Source: an uncultured Gemmatimonadaceae bacterium | GTDB lineage: Bacteria > Gemmatimonadota > Gemmatimonadetes > Gemmatimonadales > Gemmatimonadaceae | Length of the DNA: 64,000 nucleotides | Assembly: GCA_963829055.1 (NCBI GenBank) | Contig: CAWHHI010000011.1 | Span: forward strand, 576,001 to 640,000 | Direction of reading: 5' to 3' | In this document: one piece after another, positions 52,755-60,650 of the stretch | How the letters are laid out: each line of letters starts with the position of its first letter | How positions within the stretch are numbered: position 1 is the stretch's first letter | Notes under the pieces: model-generated | Told to the model about the DNA's origin: nothing | The model's database searches: none | Seen by the model: only the letters and a program-made list of their open reading frames with translations | Program-made: the position numbers and the translations under genes

Positions 52755-52793
52755 GCAGCGGCGAGATTTGGAGAACGAGCGGTGCTGACCAGG

Positions 52794-52822
52794 TTGGACG
52801 CTATAGGCTATACCGTCGTTAA
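52794..52822 (-). promoter_or_regulatory. Putative ECF-sigma promoter
   Basis: Minus strand TTAAC-N18-GTCCAA about 40 nt upstream of the receptor start. Confidence 0.4.
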
Positions 52823-52978
52823 CGGGCTGACGTTTGCGGACGTGGGGGAAAGGGCGTACCGCGCTTCATGCATCGCCGCGGACCCTGGGGGTATCTGGCA
52901 TCGCGACGTACACCCTCGGTCACTGAGTACCGAGGAGTCAGTCGTTGGTCATCAGGTTTCAGTGGGAGTCTGTCAGTT

Positions 52979-53096
52979 GTCATTCCGAGCGAGCGTCACC
53001 GAGCGAGCGAGGAATCACGATCGCGTCCTGAGGTAGAGGGCCTCTATCGGGACGATCGCGATTCCTCGACTCGGCTTCGGCCTCGCTCGGAATGAC
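52979..53096. repeat. Palindromic REP/MITE-like element, family A
   Basis: GTCATTCCGAGCG...CGCTCGGAATGAC, itself flanked by the IR CATCAGGTTTCAGT/ACTGAAACCTGATG. Confidence 0.9.
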
Positions 53097-53319
53097 ACCA
53101 GCCGGCGGATACGGGGACTGAAACCTGATGACTCGAACTGAGTGACTGACACACTTGGTACTGGCCAAGCCCAGTCGCGATGCCAGCGTTCTCCGTCGTT
53201 TTATCGAGCACGAAGTCAGCCGTTCGGGCGATCCCCGCAGTTCTCCTCACCATCCATTGTTCCCTGCAGGTGGGTGCGCATCGAACAGCCCGCGCGCGCC
53301 CCGATACTCGGGAGATACC

Positions 53320-54282
53320 ATGGCTGGACCAACGACCTCTTCGTCCACGCCGACTGGCGGCGTGCTCGAATCCCTCTCCAATGACCTCGCCGGCGCCGTG
53401 GACCGCGCCGGCCAATCCGTCGTCGCCATCCACGCGCGACGTCGCATCCCCGCGAGCGGCATTCACTGGCGCCCGGGCATCATCGTCGCCGCGCATCACA
53501 CCATTCAGCGCGACGAGGAGATCACGGTCTCACTCGCCGACGGCTCGAGCGTCGCCGCCACGCTCGTCGGCCGCGATCCCACGACCGATCTCGCCGTCCT
53601 CAAAGTCGACGAAGCGAAGGTGCCCGTCGCCTCGTTCGCCGAGTCGTCCGGTCTCCGCGTTGGCGCACTCGTCCTCGCGCTCGGCCGGCCCGGCTCGGCC
53701 ATCACCGCGAGCCTCGGCGTCGTCAGCGCGATCGGTGGTGAGTGGCGCACGTGGCATGGCGGAACGATCGATCGCTTCGTGCGACTCGATGTCTCCATCT
53801 ATGACGGCTTCTCCGGCGGTCCGCTCATCGACGCCGGCGGACGCGTGCTCGGACTCAACACGTCCGGCCTCTCGCGCGGCGCGGCGCTCGCGATTCCGGC
53901 GGAGACCGTGAACCGCGTCGTCGATCAACTGCTGAAGAGCGGGCGCGTCGCGCGCGGCTACCTCGGTCTCGGCATGCAGGCAGTCCGGCTTCCGGCCGCG
54001 CTCGTCGAGCGACTGCGAATGCCTAACGACATCGGACTCATGGTCGTGAGCGCGGAACCTGGCGGTCCCGGCGACCGCGCCGGTATTCTCATCGGCGACG
54101 TGCTCATCGCCGTCGGCGACACACCGGTCTCCGACCCGGCCGAGCTGCTGGCGTTCCTCGGTGGTGATCAGATCGGCAAGCCGGTAACCGCGAAGCTGAT
54201 CAGAGCCGGAGAACCGACCACCGTGTCCATCACCGTCGGCGAACGGCCGCAGCAGTCGCGCGGCTCCCGGAGGGGCAGATGA
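53320..54282 (+). CDS. S1C trypsin-like serine protease with PDZ domain (HtrA-like), no signal peptide
   Basis: AAHH, RDPTTDLAVL, GFSGGPL, RGYLG, AGILIGDVL; GGAG RBS. Confidence 0.88.
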   Translation: MAGPTTSSSTPTGGVLESLSNDLAGAVDRAGQSVVAIHARRRIPASGIHWRPGIIVAAHHTIQRDEEITVSLADGSSVAATLVGRDPTTDLAVLKVDEAKVPVASFAESSGLRVGALVLALGRPGSAITASLGVVSAIGGEWRTWHGGTIDRFVRLDVSIYDGFSGGPLIDAGGRVLGLNTSGLSRGAALAIPAETVNRVVDQLLKSGRVARGYLGLGMQAVRLPAALVERLRMPNDIGLMVVSAEPGGPGDRAGILIGDVLIAVGDTPVSDPAELLAFLGGDQIGKPVTAKLIRAGEPTTVSITVGERPQQSRGSRRGR

Positions 54283-54914
54283 CCAGCGGCCTCTCCGCGA
54301 CCAGCGCCACGACCGAACCGCTCGGGCGCGAGCTGGCCGATCTCGCATCCGTGCTTCGACAGAGTACCGTCGAAGTGCGGACGGGCGGGACGGGATCCGG
54401 TTCGGGGATCATCTGGACCACGAACGGACTCATTGTGACGAACGCGCACGTCGCCCGCACCGAGCGGGCGACGATCATCCTCTGGGATGGCCGAACATTC
54501 GACGGCGTGGTCACAGCGCGCGACCCGCGGCGTGACCTCGCGACGATCGCCATCGACGTCGGATCGGCGATACTTCCTGCCGCCGCGATCGGCCATCCCA
54601 CGGACCTGCGCACCGGGGACGTCGTCGTCGCGCTCGGCAACCCGTTAGGCATCGCCGGCGCGCTGGCGCTCGGCGTCGTTCACGTGGTCGAACAGCGTCG
54701 CGGCGGTCCGCGGTGGATTCGCGCGGACATTCGGCTCGCGCCCGGGAATTCGGGCGGTCCGCTGGCCGACGCGCACGGACGCGTCGTCGGTGTGAACACG
54801 CTCATCGCCAATGGACTTGGCGTCGCCGTTCCGGTGACGACGGTCGCGCGATTCCTTGGCGACGCCGAAGTGGAGCGCGCGAACGTCAAATACCGAGGCG
54901 ACCGAGCGGCGTGA
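54279..54914 (+). CDS. S1C trypsin-like serine protease without PDZ
   Basis: GSGSG, VTNAHV, RDLA, GNP, PGNSGGPL. Confidence 0.88.
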   Translation: MTSGLSATSATTEPLGRELADLASVLRQSTVEVRTGGTGSGSGIIWTTNGLIVTNAHVARTERATIILWDGRTFDGVVTARDPRRDLATIAIDVGSAILPAAAIGHPTDLRTGDVVVALGNPLGIAGALALGVVHVVEQRRGGPRWIRADIRLAPGNSGGPLADAHGRVVGVNTLIANGLGVAVPVTTVARFLGDAEVERANVKYRGDRAA

Positions 54915-55568
54915 TTCGCACGCTCGTCGTGGCCGGTTCGCCGGTGGTTCGCGCAGGCCTCGAGGCGCTCCTGACGCGGAGCGCCTCGGTAGCCATTGTC
55001 GCGGTCACGAACGGCGAGACGCCTGACCGATGATATCGAGGCGCACGAACCTCAGGTCGTGCTGTTCGCGGTGGACTCGCGCGACGACGCAGCACCAACG
55101 ATCGCGTCACGAATCGCGCTCTCGCCCGACGCGGTGTCACGAACACCAGCATTCGTGCTGCTGACCGAAGCGCCGACAGCACAGTGGGCGGCAGCAGCGC
55201 TGCGGGCCGGCGCGCGCGGCGTGTTGCCACGCGACGCCACGCCTGACGAGATCGTTGCCGCAGTCGAAGCCGCGGCGGTCGGACTCGTGACATTGCCCGC
55301 GGAGCTCGCGGCCAATGTCGCGGCCGCCGCACGTCCAGCCAGCACGGCGAGGCCGACGGCGCCGACATCGCAGCCGCTCACGCGTCGCGAGATCGAGGTG
55401 CTGGGCATGCTGGCCGAGGGGTTGGCGAACAAGAACATTGCGGCGCGGCTTGGTATCTCGGAGCACACGGTGAAGACGCACGTGGCGTCCATTCTCATGA
55501 AGCTCGACGCGTTTTCACGCGCCGAAGCCGTTGCGATCGGTGCTCGGCAGGGCCTGATCCTGTTGTAG
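54911..55568 (+). CDS. NarL/LuxR-type regulator with degenerate receiver (frameshift near 55025)
   Basis: LTRREIEVL..LAEGLANKNIAARLGISEHTVKTHV HTH; receiver lacks the canonical acidic residues. Confidence 0.85.
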
Positions 55569-55644
55569 ACCGCCCGACAGCGGCGCAGGACACTGGACAC
55601 ACCGCGTAGTGCGCGAGCCCATCCCTTGCGTTAGGACCCGGGTA

Positions 55645-56178
55645 ATGGGGCAACCGCGACAATGGCTCGGACGATGGACGGCGCTGACGTGGATCACGGG
55701 ATTCGCGGGACTCGGCGCGGGCGCGCAAGTGCGGTCGAGCCCGGTCGACCTCAGCCGTCCCGTATCCATGGTGGAGCCCGCATCTGGCGACGTTTCCGGG
55801 TCATGGGCCGGGACGTTCAGCCTCGACTCGACGTGGGGGCTCGATCAACGCGCGTCGACGCGGTCCATACCAGCACGACTGCACTTCAATCCGGTCGGTG
55901 ACGCGTCGCCCACCACGTCCAGCGCGCGGTCGGTTCACCCCGGCACATTCGAGATCGACTTCTCGCGTTTCGGGATCACACTCTCGACGCAGGAAGCGCT
56001 CGGCTGGAGCGCGACGCCCGATTCGATGCGCGCGGTGCTCAACCCGACGGTGGACCACGGCCTGGTGGAGGTTCACGGCGTCTTTCGCGGCGAGACAATC
56101 TCCGGCACGTGGAGTTACAAGAGCGACCCCGGCGGGGCGAGCGGCACGTTCGAGGTGAAGCGAGTCCAGTCGCGTTAG
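55645..56178 (+). CDS. Hypothetical exported beta-rich protein
   Basis: Signal-like N-terminus, DVSGSWAGTF, ISGTW...GTF. Confidence 0.6.
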   Translation: MGQPRQWLGRWTALTWITGFAGLGAGAQVRSSPVDLSRPVSMVEPASGDVSGSWAGTFSLDSTWGLDQRASTRSIPARLHFNPVGDASPTTSSARSVHPGTFEIDFSRFGITLSTQEALGWSATPDSMRAVLNPTVDHGLVEVHGVFRGETISGTWSYKSDPGGASGTFEVKRVQSR

Positions 56179-56205
56179 GCGCACGGAGTTGTCATCGCGC
56201 GCAGC

Positions 56206-56443
56206 GTCATCCCGAGCGAGGCGCGACGGCTTCTCTGTCTAGGGCCGAATTCGCCGTGAGCTCGAGAGATCCCGCTGCGCGCAGCAGCGTTTCTGCGTCT
56301 CGCGTTGCGGACGCGGAGCGCGCCTGCGAATTCTGCGTCGCTGTTGGATTTAGAGGCCGAACGTATGACACGTCGCCATAGCCTCCGTCCTATGCCAGGA
56401 ATCAATCCGTCAGATCCCCACGATCCGTTCCCGTTTGTCTGAG
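56206..56443. repeat. Partial composite repeat (family A-like left arm + family B right arm + outer arm)
   Basis: GTCATCCCGAGCG; TTCTGCGTCGCTGTTGGATTTAGAG is the reverse complement of 29122-29146; AATCAATCCG...GATCCCC as at 29461. Confidence 0.7.
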
Positions 56444-56474
56444 TGGGTTGCCGAAGCAGTTCCCTGTTACTCAG

Positions 56475-58007
56475 CTACCGTGATGACTGACGCAGCAGCC
56501 TCCCTGCTTCCACGACGATGTCCGGCACCGCATCCACGTCAGCCACCGACGTTCGGAAATTCACGATGCACGCCCGCAGCGCGAACACGCCGTCGATGAC
56601 CGCGTTCGACAGGTAAATGGCGCCGCCCTCCTGCAATCGCGTCAGGAGCGTCGTGTTCAACTCGTTCAGATATTTCGTGCGCTCGTCAGGCGACAGCGAC
56701 GGGGACAGGTCCCGCGGAACGTAGCGGAACGTCGTGATGCTCAGCCCGTGCGTCAGTGCCTCGAGCTCCGGGTGCGCCTCGACCTTCTCGTACATACGCC
56801 GACTCAGCGCGATGTCATCGGCGATGAGCTTCGTGTAGCCCTCGCGGCCAACCTGCTTGAAGGCGAGCCACACCTTGAGCGCACGGAAGCCGCGCGAGTT
56901 CTGCGGACCCAGCTCGTGGAAGTTGATCGCCGGGTCTTCGGCCACGTCGGGAAAATGGTAGTACGACGGCTGGTGCGAGAACGCCGCACGTAACGCGTTA
57001 GGGTCACGAACCAGCGCGCAACCCGCCTCGAGTGGCGCATAGAACCACTTGTGTGGGTCGACCGCCACCGAATCCGCATCGCCTAACGCCGCAAGCGTCG
57101 CCGGTGCGCCAGGCACTCGCGCAGCCGGCGCGCCGTACGCCCCGTCGACGTGGAACCACACGCGCTCCTCTCGACACAGCGTCGCGATGTCCGGCAGCGG
57201 GTCCACCGCGCCCGTCGCCACAGAGCCTCCTGTACCAATCACGAGGAACGGCAGGAACCCCGCGCGACGATCTTCGGCCATCCGCTCGCGCAGTCGGTCC
57301 ATACGCATGCGCTGCTCGCTATCGACTTCGATCCACCGCACGGCATCGTTGCCGAGTCCGTAGAGCTCGACCGCTTTCTGGATCCACGTGTGCGTCTCGG
57401 CCGATGTGTACACCGTGAGCTTCGCGCCGTCGCCTGCAACCATTCCCTTCGCTCGCAGGTCCCACCCGGCGCGCGTCGCGTACGCCGTGCGTGCGGCGAG
57501 GAAGCAGACCATGTTCGCCATGTTCCCGCCGCTCACGAACAGCCCGCCACACGATGCCGGGAAGCCGAGGAACTCCGCCACCCACCGCACTGCTTGTCGC
57601 TCGATCTCCGTCGCGCTGGGCGACAGCGACCACGCGCCGACGTTCGGGTTGACCGCGGCGGCCAACATGTCGGCGAGAATGCCGATCGGGGCTGCCGATG
57701 CCGTGATGTAGCCGAAGAAGCGCGGATGTCCGTTGAACGTCGAATTGTCGAACAACACGGACGCCGCGTCGTTCAACAGCTTCGCCGGATCGTCGCCGGT
57801 TTCAGGAAGGCGACCGTCCCCCAACAGCGCGCGGATCGCGCTCGGCGTGGTGTGAGGGGCGACCGGCCGATCGGAAAGCGACGCGAGCAGAGCGGCAATG
57901 CGATCGACGAGCGCGTGTCCGGCCGCGCGGAATTGCGCGGGGTCCATCTCCAATGACGCATCCCGCCGGTCGCTCACAGCGGCGACGTGGTCCTGCGTGG
58001 TGCTCAC
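56475..58007 (-). CDS. Group II PLP-dependent decarboxylase (aromatic-L-amino-acid / diaminobutyrate decarboxylase-like)
   Basis: HPRFFGYI, SGGNMAN, TGAVDPL, FHVDGAYG, DPHKW, SRGFRALKVW. Confidence 0.92.
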   Translation of the reverse strand: MSTTQDHVAAVSDRRDASLEMDPAQFRAAGHALVDRIAALLASLSDRPVAPHTTPSAIRALLGDGRLPETGDDPAKLLNDAASVLFDNSTFNGHPRFFGYITASAAPIGILADMLAAAVNPNVGAWSLSPSATEIERQAVRWVAEFLGFPASCGGLFVSGGNMANMVCFLAARTAYATRAGWDLRAKGMVAGDGAKLTVYTSAETHTWIQKAVELYGLGNDAVRWIEVDSEQRMRMDRLRERMAEDRRAGFLPFLVIGTGGSVATGAVDPLPDIATLCREERVWFHVDGAYGAPAARVPGAPATLAALGDADSVAVDPHKWFYAPLEAGCALVRDPNALRAAFSHQPSYYHFPDVAEDPAINFHELGPQNSRGFRALKVWLAFKQVGREGYTKLIADDIALSRRMYEKVEAHPELEALTHGLSITTFRYVPRDLSPSLSPDERTKYLNELNTTLLTRLQEGGAIYLSNAVIDGVFALRACIVNFRTSVADVDAVPDIVVEAGRLLRQSSR

Positions 58008-58189
58008 GACGTCTCCTCCGTTGACGAAATTCCCAGCGGTCTCGCGGTCAGTCTACCGCCGCCGCCCACTGAACGATATAAGGTATGGCATCCGGCAACC
58101 CGTTTCTTGTACAAAGTGAACGCACGCGAGGAATTGAAGTCATGACCTGCCAGGTGCCAGTGGGTCGGGTATCGCTGCTCACGGCTGCC

Positions 58190-59140
58190 ATGTCGGAGCG
58201 TAGGCGCGCGTTGCGGACGGTCGCCCTGACGATCGGCATCGTCGCGTTCGCATCGGCGCCCGCGACTCACGCGTTAGGTGCGCAGCCGCCGCACCGTTCG
58301 ATCCTCGCCGAGAAGATGCGCGCGGACCTGCGCCGTATCGCTGACGACACCCGAGGGGTAGTCGGCGCGCAGGTCATCGATCTCGCGACCGGCGATCGCA
58401 TTGGCGTGAACGACACGCTGACGTTCCCGCAGGGCAGCGCGATCAAGATCCCGCTGCTGATCGAGCTGTACCGACAGGACGCGGTCGGTCAACTCAAGCT
58501 CTCGACGCGCGTGCCGGTTCGTCAGGCGGATCGTACTGGCGGCAGCGGTCTCCTCCTCAACCTTGGCGACGGCACGAGCGAGCTGTCACTCGGCGATCTC
58601 GCCATGTTCATGATCACCGTGTCCGACAACACGGCGACGAACATGCTCATCGACCGCGTGGGCATGGACAAGGTGAACGGGACGATGCGCGAGCTCGGCG
58701 TGCCTCAGGTCAAGCTGCAGCGGAAGATGATTCGTCCGAAGGACAGCGCGGCGGGAAACGAGAACATCGCGACGCCAACCGGGGCGGCAACGATCATGGC
58801 GAAGATCGCGCGATGCGAGCTCCCGATGCCGAAGGAGCGGTGTGGTGAGCTGCGGAAGCTGCTCGAGATTCCGAAAGGCGGACCGATCGAGGCGTCGGTC
58901 CCGGAAGGCGTGCGGGTCGCCTGGAAACCGGGGGACATCGAGGGCGTGAACACGGCATGGGGTCTCGTGGATCTTCCGGGCCGCCCGTATGTGGTAGTGG
59001 GGATGGTCAACTACAGCGACGCGAGCGACGCGGAGCGCGCGCTCAGGCGCATTGCCGACGCTGCCTACGGATACTTCCACGTCCTGGCGCGATCGACACC
59101 GTACGGGGCGCGAGTGCCGCTCGAGGTCATGCCGAAGTAG
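58190..59140 (+). CDS. Class A beta-lactamase-like serine hydrolase, exported
   Basis: FPQGSAIK (SxxK), SDNTATN, KPG; signal peptide. Confidence 0.85.
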   Translation: MSERRRALRTVALTIGIVAFASAPATHALGAQPPHRSILAEKMRADLRRIADDTRGVVGAQVIDLATGDRIGVNDTLTFPQGSAIKIPLLIELYRQDAVGQLKLSTRVPVRQADRTGGSGLLLNLGDGTSELSLGDLAMFMITVSDNTATNMLIDRVGMDKVNGTMRELGVPQVKLQRKMIRPKDSAAGNENIATPTGAATIMAKIARCELPMPKERCGELRKLLEIPKGGPIEASVPEGVRVAWKPGDIEGVNTAWGLVDLPGRPYVVVGMVNYSDASDAERALRRIADAAYGYFHVLARSTPYGARVPLEVMPK

Positions 59141-59142
59141 CT

Positions 59143-59281
59143 GTCATTCCGAGCGGAGCGTCAGCGGAGTCGAGGAATCGCGATCGTAGCGGTAGAGGGG
59201 CCCCTCTACCGGTAGGATCGCGATTCCTCGACTGCGCCGCTTCGCGGCTCCGCTCGGAATGACAGCCCGGCTCGGAATGAC
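59143..59281. repeat. Palindromic REP/MITE-like element, family A
   Basis: Central perfect hairpin GTAGAGGGGCCCCTCTAC; right end doubled. Confidence 0.9.
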
Positions 59282-59289
59282 AGCCGGGC

Positions 59290-59318
59290 CAAACCTTGGT
59301 CCCCATTCGCCTGTCTCA
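59290..59318 (+). promoter_or_regulatory. Putative ECF-sigma promoter
   Basis: CAAACCT-N16-GTCTCA about 30 nt upstream of the DUF4097 gene. Confidence 0.5.
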
Positions 59319-59347
59319 TGTGGCAGTCCACTCACGGAGACACCCGA

Positions 59348-60253
59348 ATGCTTTCCCGTTTCGCACCTGCGCTGGTCGCCGCGTGCGTGCTCGCTTCACC
59401 GCTCGCCGCCCAGAACCAACTCCAGGGCCGCGAGGGGAATCGGTTCACGTGGTCCGAGCGTGTGCCTGCCGGCCAATGGCTGCGCGTCTACGGAAACAAT
59501 GGACGGATCACCGTCAGCGAAGCGACGGGCGATGCAGCCGAGGTCGTGGGAGAGAAGGACGTGCGACGCGGACGTCCCGAGGACATCGCGTTCGAGGTCC
59601 GGCGGACGAGTGACGGCGTCACCATCTGCGCGATCATCGACGACGACACCGACTGCGATGACAGGGGCGTGCGCCATCGCGGCCGATGGAACGACGAGTC
59701 GAACGGGTTGCGCGTGCACTTCACCGTTCGCGTTCCGAAAGGCGTGAAGCTCGCCGTCGGATCGGGCAACGGCGATGTGGCGGTGACCGGCGCAACGGCA
59801 GACGTCCAGGCGTCGAGCGGCAACGGGAAGGTGCGCGTATCGGCCGGCGGGCCTGTGAGCGCCTCGAGCGGGAACGGTGATGTGCGCGTCGACCGCGCGG
59901 GCGGGCCAGTAAAGGCGTCGAGCGGCAACGGCAGCGTGTTCGTAGTCACCACCCGCGGACCCGTGAATGCGTCGAGCGGCAACGGAGATGTGGAAGTCTC
60001 GATGGATGCGCTCGCCGACACGGCCGAGGACATGGAGCTGTCGAGCGGCAACGGCACGGTGACGGCCACGGTGCCATCGGACTTCGCTGGCGAGCTCGAT
60101 GCGTCGACGGGCTCGGGGAAGTTCTACAGCGACTTCCCGCTCACGCTGCAGGGCCGCATCAACCCACACCGTGTCCATGCGACGATCGGCCGTGGCGGCA
60201 GGCGGATCACGATGAGCTCCGGGAACGGCGACGTGGAGTTGAAGAAAAAATGA
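59348..60253 (+). CDS. DUF4097 family beta-strand-repeat (adhesin-like) exported protein
   Basis: Signal peptide; repeated (A)SSGNG(D/K/S)V units; FYSDFPL...GRGGRRI. Confidence 0.85.
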   Translation: MLSRFAPALVAACVLASPLAAQNQLQGREGNRFTWSERVPAGQWLRVYGNNGRITVSEATGDAAEVVGEKDVRRGRPEDIAFEVRRTSDGVTICAIIDDDTDCDDRGVRHRGRWNDESNGLRVHFTVRVPKGVKLAVGSGNGDVAVTGATADVQASSGNGKVRVSAGGPVSASSGNGDVRVDRAGGPVKASSGNGSVFVVTTRGPVNASSGNGDVEVSMDALADTAEDMELSSGNGTVTATVPSDFAGELDASTGSGKFYSDFPLTLQGRINPHRVHATIGRGGRRITMSSGNGDVELKKK

Positions 60254-60284
60254 GCTCGTGGATCATCGCGGATCGAGCGATACG

Positions 60285-60647
60285 CATCATCGCGCCGCGG
60301 CCGGTGGGAACTACGATTGACGCGGATTGAACGGAAAACAGCCGGATACACCTTTGCATCGACGCTGGCTCTCGCCGGGCCTGAATGAAAGAGGAACGGC
60401 CGCTCGGGACGCAGGAGTCTCCCGAGCGGCCGTTCCCAAAGAATCCGGGCTCGTGGCGCGAGGGGCCGTCCCGAACGCGATCGATCCTGCTTCTTCCGCG
60501 TCATCCGCGAAATCGCAGTTCCCACCGATCCGGCGCGATGATGCTCGAATGCAAAGCCGGATCCGGCAGTTTCGCAGTACCGATCCGCACAATCGTAGTT
60601 CCCACCGGCCCGGCGCGATGGTGCGCGAATGCAAAGCCGGATCCGGC
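60285..60647. repeat. Family C repeat: two direct ~57-bp copies plus one inverted partial copy
   Basis: AATCGYAGTTCCCACCG..CCGGCGCGATG.TGC.CGAATGCAAAGCCGGATCCGGC at 60511-60567 and 60591-60647; inverted copy at 60285-60318. Confidence 0.8.
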
Positions 60648-60650
60648 TGC

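Noticed and set aside
58190..59140. Bona fide class A beta-lactamase resistance gene
   Set aside because: KPG instead of KTG and no recognisable E166 omega-loop motif; better called a beta-lactamase-like serine hydrolase.
60511..60647. Possible mini-CRISPR (repeat-spacer-repeat)
   Set aside because: Only two imperfect ~57-bp units with a 23-bp gap, an inverted copy nearby and no cas genes.
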